Below, piece by piece: positions 1-10,352 of a stretch of DNA of 64,000 nucleotides. The notes below the pieces were generated by a model, which saw nothing but the letters and a program-made list of their open reading frames with translations, had not been told where the DNA came from and searched no databases. Made by a program: the position numbers and the translations under genes. Each line of letters starts with the position of its first letter. Position 1 is the first letter of the stretch. Source of the stretch: Hyphomicrobiales bacterium (lineage in GTDB: Bacteria; Pseudomonadota; Alphaproteobacteria; Rhizobiales; Rhizobiaceae); NCBI GenBank assembly GCA_021775415.1, contig JAJFHV010000002.1:98581-162580 (forward strand), written 5' to 3'.

Positions 1-150
1 ATGACCCACAGCGGATATTGTGATCCTCCAGCGGAGGTTCTCTTTCCATGTTATTTTTTGGACTCACCGGATAAGCCCACTGGGTCTATGGCACAAATCT
101 GCTGACCGGCATTGTATTAACCATAATATTGATCAGGAGGTGGAATAATT

Positions 151-585
151 ATGTCAGAAACTTTTGTTGTCGCAGTTGATGGAAGCCCTGGTAGCGACCG
201 TGCCCTGCAAAAAGCGATCGATATGGGAAAGGATCGCGGCGTAACGCTGGCTTTGACCCACGTAATTGAATGGTCGGCATTTTCTTTCCATACACCCGAA
301 GAGTTGGCTGAGCGACACAAACGTCGCGAAGAGGAACTTGAAAGGGCGAACGAAGCCATTTTAAGCCCCTCAGAAAAAATTGCAAAAGCTGCTGGCCTCA
401 AGTGCGAAACAATAGTGCTTCACGGCCACCCAGCGGAGACTTTGGTTAAAGTCGCCTCCGACAAAGGCGCGGAGAACATCTTTATTGGCAGAAAAGGTCA
501 ATCCAAGATGGGCACGCTGCTGTTTGGCAGTGTGGCGGGGTCATTGGTCCAGATATCACCAGTCGCGGTTACAGTCGTGCCGTGA
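151..585 (+). CDS. universal stress protein (UspA family)
   Basis: 144-aa ORF with AGGAGG about 10 nt upstream of the ATG; USP-type domain with C-terminal ATP-loop-like GRKGQSKMGTLLFGSVAGSL. Confidence 0.85.
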   Translation: MSETFVVAVDGSPGSDRALQKAIDMGKDRGVTLALTHVIEWSAFSFHTPEELAERHKRREEELERANEAILSPSEKIAKAAGLKCETIVLHGHPAETLVKVASDKGAENIFIGRKGQSKMGTLLFGSVAGSLVQISPVAVTVVP

Positions 586-629
586 TCGAACATATTAAAC
601 TGGATTTCAAAAATTAGGAGGGAATTTCG

Positions 630-2135
630 ATGTACAGAATTTTATTCGCAATAATTTTGGTGCTGATAACACCCCAACTTGCCTATGCTGCCGGGTTCGA
701 TGAATCCATTAATGCATTAACTGCACCAATCGCCGCAATGGTAGGGCAGCTGGTGTTCTTCAAAATCCCGATATTCGGAGCACAGCTCCCATTGGTTGTT
801 CTTTGGCTTGTGATCGGAGCGGTGTTTTTCACATTCTACATGGGGTTTGTGAACATACGCGGATTTAAGCATGCGATCGAACTGGTGCGCGGAGACTATG
901 CCGATCCAGACAGCCCCGGTGAGGTTTCGCACTTCCAGGCCCTGGCAACGGCTGTTTCGGGAACTGTCGGTATTGGTAACATCGGTGGTGTGGCGGTTGC
1001 GGTCACGGTCGGTGGCCCCGGTGCAACATTTTGGCTGATTGTCGCTGGTTTCCTGGGCATGTCCACAAAGTTTGTGGAGTGTACTCTGGGTGTGAAATAC
1101 CGGACCGAGAACCCGGATGCATCCGTATCAGGCGGACCGATGTATTACCTAAGCAAAGGTTTTGCTGAGCGCGGCATGGAAGGCTTCGGCAAGTTCATGG
1201 GCACATTCTATGCGATCGGTATCTTCATCGGCGCATTGGGTATCGGCAACATGTTCCAGTCGAACCAGGCTTACGTTCAGCTAAACACAGTCGCTGGTGG
1301 CGCACTGGACGGCCTTGGTTGGCTTGTTGGTCTAATTCTTGCCGCGGTTGTCTTCGCGGTAATCATCGGTGGTATCAAGTCCATCGCTCGTGTGACCGAA
1401 AAGATCGTGCCGTTTATGGCGGTCTTCTACTGCGTGTTTGCAATCATCGTTATCTTGATGAACATCACTACGATACCTGAAGCCATTGGGAACATCTTTA
1501 CGGGTGCATTCACTGGCGAGGGTGTTGCCGGTGGTGCGTTAGGAGCGCTGATCATCGGCTTCCAACGTGCTGTATTCTCAAATGAAGCTGGCATCGGTTC
1601 AGCCTCAATCGCGCACGCAGCTGTCCGGACACCGGAGCCAGTAACCGAAGGGTATGTCTCACTGCTTGAGCCATTCATCGATACCATCGTGATTTGTACA
1701 ATCACAGCGCTGGTGATCGGTACCAGCCAGGTGGCTGATCCAAACTTTGCGAATGGAGCAACCGGTGTGGCAATGACGTCGGCAGCATTTGAGCGTCAAT
1801 TGAGCTGGTTCCCGCTACCGTTGGCCTTTGCCGCATTGTTGTTTGCTTTCTCAACCATGATCTCTTGGTCCTACTACGGATTGAAAGGTTGGACCTATCT
1901 GTTTGGCGAAGGTCAAACGGGTCAGACGATCTATAAGTTGATCTTCTGTGCGTTCGTGGCATTGGGCTGTATGGTACAACTTGGTCCGATTTTGGATATT
2001 TCCGATGCATTGGTCTTTTTGATCTGTGTGCCGAACATCCTTGGTCTGTATTTCTTGGCACCGATCGTGAAAGCCGAAATGAATTCTTACATGGCGCGTT
2101 TGGAAAGCGGTGAGATCAAGAAATACAAGCACTAA
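630..2135 (+). CDS. alanine/glycine:cation symporter (AGCS family)
   Basis: 501-aa polytopic membrane ORF; AGCS-typical stretch FQALATAVSGTVGIGNIGGVAVAV; AGGAGG upstream; hairpin terminator downstream. Confidence 0.9.
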   Translation: MYRILFAIILVLITPQLAYAAGFDESINALTAPIAAMVGQLVFFKIPIFGAQLPLVVLWLVIGAVFFTFYMGFVNIRGFKHAIELVRGDYADPDSPGEVSHFQALATAVSGTVGIGNIGGVAVAVTVGGPGATFWLIVAGFLGMSTKFVECTLGVKYRTENPDASVSGGPMYYLSKGFAERGMEGFGKFMGTFYAIGIFIGALGIGNMFQSNQAYVQLNTVAGGALDGLGWLVGLILAAVVFAVIIGGIKSIARVTEKIVPFMAVFYCVFAIIVILMNITTIPEAIGNIFTGAFTGEGVAGGALGALIIGFQRAVFSNEAGIGSASIAHAAVRTPEPVTEGYVSLLEPFIDTIVICTITALVIGTSQVADPNFANGATGVAMTSAAFERQLSWFPLPLAFAALLFAFSTMISWSYYGLKGWTYLFGEGQTGQTIYKLIFCAFVALGCMVQLGPILDISDALVFLICVPNILGLYFLAPIVKAEMNSYMARLESGEIKKYKH

Positions 2136-2170
2136 ACTGATCCAACAGTTTGTATTTACAAAACAGAAAA

Positions 2171-2203
2171 AGCGCCCTGTCTCGAAGACGGGCGCTTTTT
2201 TTG
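2171..2203 (+). terminator. rho-independent terminator after the AGCS gene
   Basis: agcgccctgtc / gacgggcgct stem (one bulged t) followed by a T7 run, preceded by an A run. Confidence 0.75.
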
Positions 2204-2342
2204 TTTTTCAGCACCGAACGCCCGAAGCGTGACGTCACGCGAGGGCCACCCGGCGGTTCGCAGCGCTGCTCGCCGCGTTCATCGCTGAAAACAGCTTCAC
2301 TGTTTTCTTCGCCTGCGACGAACCGCTCTTCACCCCAGCATA

Positions 2343-2380
2343 CACGGGCTTTTTTTCCGGTATCCGGGTCCCGCGTTTGT
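2343..2380 (+). repeat. 38-nt dispersed repeat, copy A (inverted relative to copy B at 50837-50875)
   Basis: cacgggctttttttccggtatccgggtcccgcgtttgt equals the reverse complement of 50837-50875 except for a single-nt indel in the T run. Confidence 0.85.
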
Positions 2381-2644
2381 GCTTAAACTTTGTGCTCGCG
2401 CCAGTGGCTTTGCCACGGCTACGCGGGTGCTCCAAGCGCTTCGGCAGTCGCCTCAGTTGGCAACTGGTCGTCGCCAATGATGATGACGCTGTTTTGAAAG
2501 GAGTGAGTGAATGCAGGGGTGTGTGGATGACACACTTCTGACGGCCATTAACCCAAAAGGGCAAAAAACATCGATTTTTGCTTCAAACCGGCGTTATTAT
2601 CGTAAACAATGAGTTAACGAAGAACTGTACGAGTTGAAAAACCC

Positions 2645-3220
2645 ATGTCTGACACGGAATTTGACGCCAAGAAGATCGAGGAAAAGATCCATGATCTGGC
2701 TGAATCAATGGAACGGATGCGTGTTGCGCAGGCTGACAAGGATGATGTCGTTGTTGACATGCGGTATGCCACGAAAACGCGGCTTGAATTGCTGGCTGAA
2801 GAACTGCTGCCTGTATTCAACGACGTGCCGGAAGGCAACGACCAGTTCGAATTTGCACTTACCCAAGGTGATACACCCCGCCTTTGGATTGATATGACAT
2901 CGTTTGTGCGAATGGGACGTGACCAGCGGGAATATGAATTTGTAAGAGATACGCGGCTTGGGCGAACAATTTTGGCACACACTAAGGATCGTAACGAAAT
3001 CGGTAAGCGGGTCACCGACTACGTGTCTGAGCGGATTTTGGAACGCGAGCGGGTACTTGAAGGAGACTGGGTCTCCATGCGAGCCGATCGCAACGTTACA
3101 GCCCTTATTGGTACCAAATCATCGCGCTATTCTGCCAGGGCTGTGGCTTTGTGGTTTCTGCTTGGTTTGGTCGGTGGCGTAGCTGTATTGGCGCTTTCCG
3201 CATGGTTCTGGCCAATCTAG
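2645..3220 (+). CDS. hypothetical protein, C-terminally membrane-anchored
   Basis: 191-aa ORF; charged soluble N-terminal part and a single C-terminal hydrophobic helix (AVALWFLLGLVGGVAVLALSAWFW); no family recognised. Confidence 0.6.
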   Translation: MSDTEFDAKKIEEKIHDLAESMERMRVAQADKDDVVVDMRYATKTRLELLAEELLPVFNDVPEGNDQFEFALTQGDTPRLWIDMTSFVRMGRDQREYEFVRDTRLGRTILAHTKDRNEIGKRVTDYVSERILERERVLEGDWVSMRADRNVTALIGTKSSRYSARAVALWFLLGLVGGVAVLALSAWFWPI

Positions 3221-3229
3221 GTCTTGATC

Positions 3230-4132
3230 CTACGCCAGCGTGTGTTTGGCAATCAGGCTGATCTTTCCTGTACTATCTGTAATGCCGTGTTCTTCCATGC
3301 AAATGGTCCAGGTGCCTGCTTTTCTTGAAATCTCAAAGATATTGTAGCGGGCTGCGGGCCGTTTCCCCCCATAGCCATTGCTGGCGGCGGGCACCGACAC
3401 TACGGGAACCGCGCCAGTCGGCCCGATAATTTGATGACGCGTTGCAAGGTGCGTATGACCGTGCAGAACGAGTTCGGCCCCCTTGTCGCGGATAACTTGT
3501 TGAAACCGGTCTGTCCCAATCAGTCGCTTATGAAACAGTGTTGACCCCTTGATAGGTGGATGATGGATCATTACCACACGGCACAGATTTTGCCGGTCGG
3601 CCTCATCAAGCAATTGTGCAAGCTTGTCCGCCTGTTGCTGGCGGAAGTAACCGGTTGCCATGAAGGGCAAAGTCGCTTCGGCGGAATTGCAGCTGATGAG
3701 TGCAACATCTTCCAACCGGCGCATCACCGGATAATCATTTGTTGACCCCAGTGGCTGATCGTCTCCTGCCATCCATGGTTGCCAGAACTCGATTGCCCTG
3801 GCCAGGGCACCGGGCACATAGGCATCGTGATTGCCACAAATTATGCTGATATCGCTCGGTGTTCCCAGGGACTGCAAAAACAGGGATGCATCTTTGAACT
3901 CCTGGTCAAGCGCGATGTTGACCAGATCGCCGGTGATTACCAGATGGTCTGGCAGCTTGTCCTTAAGATCGGCAATCAGGGATGGCAGTGTGTTGCCGGA
4001 ATGGGCTTTCCTGCGGGCACGTTGCCAATTCAAAAAACCGATCATGCGCTTGGATGCCAATTCCGAAAAGCTCGGTTTGGGCAATGGGCTCAGGTGAACA
4101 TCAGAGATGTGGGCAAGTCGAAACATTGGCAA
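3230..4132 (-). CDS. metallophosphoesterase
   Basis: 300 aa; calcineurin-like phosphoesterase motifs in order: SDVHL, TGDLVN, GNHD, IHHPP, GHTH. Confidence 0.85.
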   Translation of the reverse strand: MPMFRLAHISDVHLSPLPKPSFSELASKRMIGFLNWQRARRKAHSGNTLPSLIADLKDKLPDHLVITGDLVNIALDQEFKDASLFLQSLGTPSDISIICGNHDAYVPGALARAIEFWQPWMAGDDQPLGSTNDYPVMRRLEDVALISCNSAEATLPFMATGYFRQQQADKLAQLLDEADRQNLCRVVMIHHPPIKGSTLFHKRLIGTDRFQQVIRDKGAELVLHGHTHLATRHQIIGPTGAVPVVSVPAASNGYGGKRPAARYNIFEISRKAGTWTICMEEHGITDSTGKISLIAKHTLA

Positions 4133-4300
4133 ACAGAGGGTCAGGGATAAATTGCGTTGGTGACTTGTGCTTACAGATCATCGTTCTACCCGGCAAGGTG
4201 CCGTCGTATACAGTTATTCTCGTGTGTGCATCCCATCCGGTCCTATTGGTCCTGCCATCCAAACAACCACCTCGCAGTTCCAGGCAAAACTTGTTAGGTA

Positions 4301-4768
4301 GTGGGAATGGCTGATAACCGGATAATCCGAAAATTGTTTCACTTGCTGTGGCTTTTCAAAAGGCCAATGACGCTTGGCGTTCGGGTGCTGATTGAAAATG
4401 AGCAAGGGGAGATTTTGCTGGTTCGTCACACCTATGTGACGGGTTGGTATTTACCTGGAGGCGGGGTTGAACCGGGTGAAACCTCGGAGGAGGCGGCATC
4501 AAAGGAAGTGCGTGAGGAAGCCTATCTTGAGCTTCTGGGTGAACCCCAACTGTTCGGCATCTACATGAACAAAAACATTTCCAGACGCGATCACGTATTG
4601 CTCTATCGATGTGACAAGTGGAGAGAATTGAAGGTTTTCGAGCCGAATATGGAAATCGCCGAGATCGGGTTTTTCCCGATCGATAACCTGCCGGATGGCA
4701 CTACTCCTGGTACAAAAGCACGACTTGGCGAGGTGTTGAACGGAAAAAAACGTTCCAATTATTGGTAG
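4301..4768 (+). CDS. NUDIX hydrolase
   Basis: 155 aa; Nudix box GGGVEPGETSEEAASKEVREEA; the start could be a downstream Met. Confidence 0.8.
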   Translation: MGMADNRIIRKLFHLLWLFKRPMTLGVRVLIENEQGEILLVRHTYVTGWYLPGGGVEPGETSEEAASKEVREEAYLELLGEPQLFGIYMNKNISRRDHVLLYRCDKWRELKVFEPNMEIAEIGFFPIDNLPDGTTPGTKARLGEVLNGKKRSNYW

Positions 4769-4983
4769 ATTATGATCCAACCAGATTTTGATGGACCCCC
4801 CAAGCCTCGTGTGGTACGCACCGCATCGGTAACATTAATGGAAACAACATGTTGATCCAAAATGCTTTGCGACGACGAACCGAGATGCGCTCCCGGCGCA
4901 GCCTTTCGCACGCGAAGCCGTTTGTCTGATTAGTACCAGGTTCCCGGTTTCCTCTTTGGAGATTATTTTGAGAAGCCTGTTCC

Positions 4984-5475
4984 ATGAATACCGAAATCAC
5001 ACTTGAACAACCACAGCATTTTGAAGTCGTTGAAAAATTAACTGCCGAGGCCTTTGGCCCGGGGCGGTTTACCCGCAGCGCATTCCGGTTGCGAGAAAAT
5101 GTGCCTCATGAACCAGATCTGTCCTTTGTGGTTCATGTGGGCGATCAGCTGGTTGGGTCGGTCAAGCTTACACGCATTAAAATAGGCAATGCGGAGGCAT
5201 TATTGTTGGGGCCACTGGTCGTTGCGCAGTCGCACAAAAATTCCGGCATTGGTAAATTGATGATGGAAACATCGGTCGCTGCGGCTCAAAAGACTGAATT
5301 TGGTGCAATTCTGCTGGTGGGTGATTTGCCATACTACCAGCGCTTTGGATTTGAAAAGGTTGAAAGAGGAAATATTCTGTTGCCCGGCCCTGCGGACCCG
5401 GACCGGATATTGATCTGCCCGCTACAATCGACCCTGACGGATAATTTTTGCGGTCTGGCGGAGCGGCACCCTTAA
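4984..5475 (+). CDS. GNAT family N-acetyltransferase
   Basis: 163 aa; acetyl-CoA binding motif-A-like VAQSHKNSGIGKLMM and C-terminal YYQRFGF. Confidence 0.8.
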   Translation: MNTEITLEQPQHFEVVEKLTAEAFGPGRFTRSAFRLRENVPHEPDLSFVVHVGDQLVGSVKLTRIKIGNAEALLLGPLVVAQSHKNSGIGKLMMETSVAAAQKTEFGAILLVGDLPYYQRFGFEKVERGNILLPGPADPDRILICPLQSTLTDNFCGLAERHP

Positions 5476-5476
5476 A

Positions 5477-7549
5477 TCACCGGCCTTCGCGCAACCACAT
5501 TGAACCGAAAGCGGCAATCAGCAAGGCAAAGCCAAGCAAGCCACCGAACATCGGGATGCGGGTAACGCCGTTAAGAACGCTGGCGCCGGTATCCACTGCA
5601 CCAATCCAGCCCCGGCCATGGGTGGTTGCGTTGCGGCTTGCGGAAACAATGCGGGGAACTCCGGATTCCGAAATTCTGCTGATAGAACCGGAGGTCGAGC
5701 GCACAACCGGTTGGAGCAGTTTGGTAGTGCTGGCGACACTGGCAAATTCTCTTGGATTAGCCGGACCGATCTGCGCAAGTGCAGTGAAATCACCGCTTGT
5801 TGCACGGTAGAGCCCTATTTCACTTACCTGTGTTTCGGCTTGCCAAAGTCCCGCATTCTTTTCAATAAACTCGAGTGTTTGCACTTCTCCGGAGGGTTGC
5901 GTGACATCTACATCAGCGGGTTTATCACCAAGGGTTTGACGGGAAATCGTCAATGTGTCCGCGCTTGAGCTGGCGGTCAATCGCTCTTCATCCAGCTCGG
6001 GTTCCTTCATCAGCCAGTGGGCAAGTCGACGAAGCAATTGTACATGCGGTCCGCCACCTTCAAAGCCACGCGCCCAAAGCCATACATGATCAGAAAGGAA
6101 CAGTGCCACGCGTCCCTCCTGCATTCGTTCGAGTAAAAGGATTGGCGAGGTATTTTCATCGGTAATGACGGCATTGCCAGAAAGTTGATCGACCCCAACC
6201 GTACGAAACCAGCGGCTCCATTCCGGTTTTTCCGGATTCCAGCCATCGAGTTTCCGGGTAACGGGGTGTTTCTGCCCAATGTCGGAAATCAGGGGCGTGA
6301 AGGGCTGCTCGCTTACCCGACCATCCGCAAGGGCAGGTAGTATTGCATTCAGCGGGGTCGTGGCGATGCTGCTTGGTTCGGCGTATTCGGGACCGGCAGC
6401 AACCAACACCGCGCCACCATTTTGAACATAACGGGCGATGTTATCAAAATAGAGTATCGGCAGCACCCCGCGGCGCTTGTAGCGATCAAATATGATGAGA
6501 TCGAACTCGTCGATCTTTTGAACAAACAGTTCCCGGGTTGGAAACGCTATTAGCGAGAGTTCATTGATCGGCGTGCCATCCTGTTTCTCAGGTGGCCGCA
6601 AAATGGTGAAGTGCACGAGATCAACAGATGCATCGGATTTTAACAGATTGCGCCAGGTGCGCTCACCGGCATGAGGTTCGCCGGAAACCAGCAACACCCG
6701 AAGGTTTTCACGAATGCCGTTGATGCTTACAAACGCACGGTTGTTGATTTCTGTAATTTCACCCTCGGCTGTTTCCACACTCAGTTCGACAATATTTTTG
6801 CCACCATGGGGAACATCGAAAACGAAGGAGGATTGTTCACCAACATATACTTCATCGACTGTTTCAGGAATGCCATCGATACTGATCGTTACCCTGACCT
6901 GCTCACTCGCGCTATCAAAGCCTGTTTGTTCGACCTCATACAGAATTTCCTGGCTTTCGCCGACGACACCAAACCGCGGAGTACTTTTCAATACGATGCG
7001 ACGATCATGTTCGCCGTCGCTACCCGTTAGCAAGACGTGCAACGGACCGGTTAGGCCGGACTCACTTGGATTTTCCGGTACATCGTGAACCTGACCGTCA
7101 GTGATGAATATCGCTCCACCAACCTGATCAACGGGCACATCCTGAAGCGCGTTATTGAGTGACTGAAAGAGTGAAGAAGAGACGTCGCTTGTCTTGGATA
7201 TTTGGTCGCTTGAATGGATTTCCCGCAGTTCGAAATTTTCAAGTTTTTCAAATCGCGCTTTAAGTTCCGTGACAGCTTGTTCGGTCTCGCTTTCGCGATC
7301 GTTTAATTTTTGACTTGTGGTTTTGTCCATTACCAGCGGAATGATGGTTTTGAGCCGGGTTCGGTCTTCCTGCAAAATTGCAGGGTTGAACAGCGCCAGG
7401 CAAATCAGGGCACCCGCGACCAGCCGAAGAAATGAACCTCGCAATCGGCGGATCAGACCGAACAAGCAAAAGACAGCAATGAGAGTGCTCATTGCAATCG
7501 CAAGCCACAGGGGCAATTCAGGTGAGAATACTAGGTCAAGATTTTCCAT
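5477..7549 (-). CDS. membrane protein with glutamine-amidotransferase-like (ThuA/GATase1-like) domain; last gene of the MoxR operon
   Basis: 690 aa; two N-terminal and one C-terminal TM helices; start lies 3 nt after the stop of the upstream gene; the domain call is tentative. Confidence 0.6.
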   Translation of the reverse strand: MENLDLVFSPELPLWLAIAMSTLIAVFCLFGLIRRLRGSFLRLVAGALICLALFNPAILQEDRTRLKTIIPLVMDKTTSQKLNDRESETEQAVTELKARFEKLENFELREIHSSDQISKTSDVSSSLFQSLNNALQDVPVDQVGGAIFITDGQVHDVPENPSESGLTGPLHVLLTGSDGEHDRRIVLKSTPRFGVVGESQEILYEVEQTGFDSASEQVRVTISIDGIPETVDEVYVGEQSSFVFDVPHGGKNIVELSVETAEGEITEINNRAFVSINGIRENLRVLLVSGEPHAGERTWRNLLKSDASVDLVHFTILRPPEKQDGTPINELSLIAFPTRELFVQKIDEFDLIIFDRYKRRGVLPILYFDNIARYVQNGGAVLVAAGPEYAEPSSIATTPLNAILPALADGRVSEQPFTPLISDIGQKHPVTRKLDGWNPEKPEWSRWFRTVGVDQLSGNAVITDENTSPILLLERMQEGRVALFLSDHVWLWARGFEGGGPHVQLLRRLAHWLMKEPELDEERLTASSSADTLTISRQTLGDKPADVDVTQPSGEVQTLEFIEKNAGLWQAETQVSEIGLYRATSGDFTALAQIGPANPREFASVASTTKLLQPVVRSTSGSISRISESGVPRIVSASRNATTHGRGWIGAVDTGASVLNGVTRIPMFGGLLGFALLIAAFGSMWLREGR

Positions 7550-7552
7550 CTC

Positions 7553-10351
7553 TTACTGCCCCAGCCTCTCAAGCAGTGCAGGTAAATGCACCTGATCTGC
7601 TTTGTAATTTCCGGTAAGCGCATACATCATCAAGTTTACGCCACCACGGAATGCATAATTGCGCTGGATTGGATCCGGTGGCACGGTGGGAAGCAGCGGA
7701 CGCAAGTTTCTGTCTACAGCCCAGGCACCGGCAAAATCGTTGCTGGTGATGAGGATTGAAGAGACCCCGTCACCGGCGCGTGCCGGGCGACCGTCTTGTT
7801 CTGCAGATTTCTGGGAAGCCTCAATCCACAGATCGCCACCGGAAAAGCGTCCGGGAAAACTATCAATCAGAAAAAACGACTTGGTCAAAACGTGATCGGA
7901 TGGCACCGGTTCAAGGGGTGGAATGTCCAGATTCGACAGGATCTGCCGCAAGCTTAGCGCCGCGGGAGATGCTGATGTTCCACCGAACACTCCGGAAATC
8001 TGATCCCGAGTATCAAACAGGATACTGCCGCCTTCTTTCATGTAGGCGTCCACCCGAGCCATGGTTGCGGCATCGGGAATTGCTGCCTGTGGATCTATCG
8101 GCCAGTAAATCAGCGAGTAGAATGCCAGCTCGTCCGTGGACATATCGAGGCCCACCGGTTCACCAGGCTCCAGTGCGGTGCGATTGGAAAGGAAATAAGT
8201 AAGTCCCCGCATTCCGGCAGCACTTAAATTATCAACGCTTTTAACGCCGGTTATCACATAGGCGAGACGTGTGCGCAGGGCCGCCGAAAAATCAATTTCA
8301 TTTTCTTGTGCATGGGTGATGCCGGTTGAAAGCAGCATTGCCCCGATACCCAAAAGTACAATAATTGCAGGTGTTGGCGAACGTGGATGCAATTGCCGCA
8401 ACCTCAAAGCTCCACCCATCCAGAATACAGCAAGACAATCCAGTGCCAACAGGATGGCAGCAACAAGTAAAAGCCAGGGTTTGAGGTCAAACGGGCTTTC
8501 TCCCAGATAGCTCTGCCGGTTGAAGCCGGGTCCAAGATCTTCCGGATTGAGGAGCGCCAGTTTAGTTTGACCGGTAAACAGATTAAGGGCGGTAAATCCG
8601 TCTTCGGTTCCGTAAAAACCAGGTGGATTTTCAAGTGATACAGTTGGTTCGTGTTCGGCGGAAAGGGTCAGCGGTTTTACCGATATTCCCGGTGCAACGA
8701 AATTGCCTTTTCCGTCCAGCAAGCGAAGAGGTGACAGCGAAATTTCCTCGCGTTCGGTAATCGGACGACCGGTTGATTTGGAAAGATTGACAACCCGTCG
8801 CAACATTTCAACGAATGTTCCCGAGAGCGGCAGGTTGGACCAGCGCGCATCTGAGCTCACATGGAACAATACAATCCAGCCGTGATCGCGTTGCTCGGCC
8901 GTTACCAATGGTGTCCCGTCTTCGAGCGTTGCCCAGGTTTTGGATTCAAGGTCGCTTTCCTGCAGTGCCAAAACCTGTTTGTTGACCACAACTTCGCGTG
9001 GCGCATCAATGCCTGAAAACGGACTTTGCAATTCAAACGGCGCAACCGGTTTCGGGGTTTCCCAGGAAAGTGCTCCGCCCAGACTTCGGTCTCCGGGCCG
9101 AATGTCTACCGGCAGCAGGCGACGGTCTGGCGATACGGCCAGACGTGGCCCTGCGAAACGTATCAACATGCCTCCCTTTGAGACCCATTCTCCAAGTGTA
9201 TCGGCGGCTTCCTCCGGTAACAGACCAATGTCGGCCAGAACGATTGCGGACACACCCTGTGCAAGCAATTGCGGAACGGAAGCCGCGACATTAGCGTCAT
9301 CTGACCGGCGAAGGTCTGAAAACGGTTCAAGCGCTTTTGAGATGTAGTAGAGAGGTGAAAGAAGCGGCTGTGATTGGTCGTGCTTTTCGCCGGAAATCAA
9401 ACCAACCAAACGACGCTGATTGCTTTCATCGAGTAGCTGAACTGCGCCTGCATTATTGATGTCATCAAGTTCCAAGCGGGCAATCTGGTTACGCAACTCG
9501 ACCGGTTCATCAAAAGCAAATTCAGTTTCTGAGACACCATTTTCAAACATGATCTTGCGGCGGGCAAGGACAACACCCTTTAGATCACGCCCGGTTATGC
9601 TGATTTCCCGGGCTTCATTTGTGTTGCCTCGGACCAGAGTGCCCCGAAGCTTGGCCGGTAAATTTTGGACCGCATCGATGATGACCAACTCATTGGCGGG
9701 AGGCAAATACAATGATCGGCCTGTGTTGACTGTTTTGAGCGCTGCAATCAGGTTGCTGGTATCTGACCGCGAAAGCCCATCCGAGAGCCACGCGATGTGG
9801 CCGGGTTTAGCTTGAATAGCGTTTGTCAGAATGCGCGTGGCGGTGTTTTTGTGATTGGGTTTCAACGGTTGATTTTGCGCCGCTTCCAGTAGCTTGATGG
9901 CTTCTTCTGCGGAAACCGGCCTGCCGTCCCATGGGGTGCTGTTGGTGGTGCTTTCGAGTATAACCGTTCGACCGGCTTCCCGTGCCTGAGCGGCAAGCGT
10001 CAGGGCAACTTCCCGCCGTTCATCCCAATTGCCAGCTGCTGCCCAACCATCATCAATGACAATCAGAACCGGTCCTTCGCCCTCAAGCAGGCTTTCTTGC
10101 GGATTGAGGATCGGTCCGGCCATTGCACAGATTACCAGGGCAGTCATCATCAACCGTAGCAGGGTCAGCCACCAGGGACTTTTTGCCGGTGTTTCTTCCG
10201 GTTTGATGAGCTTTTCCAGAATGCCTGCGGGTGGGAACACTTCCTCTTGCGGACGCGGTGGCGTCAATCGCAATAGCCACCAGATCACTGGAAGAGCCAA
10301 TAATCCCATCAAAAGCCAGGGAGACAAAAATCCGATTGCGAGGCCAAACAT
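7553..10351 (-). CDS. BatA_N (aerotolerance regulator N-terminal) / DUF4159-type large membrane protein
   Basis: 932 aa; N-terminus LSPWLLMGLLALPVIWWLLRLTPPRP is typical of the BatA N-terminal domain; internal TM pair; C-terminal region resembles DUF4159; start lies 1 nt after the DUF58 stop. Confidence 0.7.
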   Translation of the reverse strand: MFGLAIGFLSPWLLMGLLALPVIWWLLRLTPPRPQEEVFPPAGILEKLIKPEETPAKSPWWLTLLRLMMTALVICAMAGPILNPQESLLEGEGPVLIVIDDGWAAAGNWDERREVALTLAAQAREAGRTVILESTTNSTPWDGRPVSAEEAIKLLEAAQNQPLKPNHKNTATRILTNAIQAKPGHIAWLSDGLSRSDTSNLIAALKTVNTGRSLYLPPANELVIIDAVQNLPAKLRGTLVRGNTNEAREISITGRDLKGVVLARRKIMFENGVSETEFAFDEPVELRNQIARLELDDINNAGAVQLLDESNQRRLVGLISGEKHDQSQPLLSPLYYISKALEPFSDLRRSDDANVAASVPQLLAQGVSAIVLADIGLLPEEAADTLGEWVSKGGMLIRFAGPRLAVSPDRRLLPVDIRPGDRSLGGALSWETPKPVAPFELQSPFSGIDAPREVVVNKQVLALQESDLESKTWATLEDGTPLVTAEQRDHGWIVLFHVSSDARWSNLPLSGTFVEMLRRVVNLSKSTGRPITEREEISLSPLRLLDGKGNFVAPGISVKPLTLSAEHEPTVSLENPPGFYGTEDGFTALNLFTGQTKLALLNPEDLGPGFNRQSYLGESPFDLKPWLLLVAAILLALDCLAVFWMGGALRLRQLHPRSPTPAIIVLLGIGAMLLSTGITHAQENEIDFSAALRTRLAYVITGVKSVDNLSAAGMRGLTYFLSNRTALEPGEPVGLDMSTDELAFYSLIYWPIDPQAAIPDAATMARVDAYMKEGGSILFDTRDQISGVFGGTSASPAALSLRQILSNLDIPPLEPVPSDHVLTKSFFLIDSFPGRFSGGDLWIEASQKSAEQDGRPARAGDGVSSILITSNDFAGAWAVDRNLRPLLPTVPPDPIQRNYAFRGGVNLMMYALTGNYKADQVHLPALLERLGQ

Positions 10352-10352
10352 C

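Noticed and set aside
2150-2564. ORFs 2150-2386 (+) and 2235-2564 (-) in the long gap after the AGCS gene
   Set aside because: They are mutually antisense, low-complexity (Ser/Arg/Pro-rich) and built on palindromes and a dispersed repeat. The 50833-51018 ORF shares a peptide with them only because it shares the repeat. I treat the region as non-coding.
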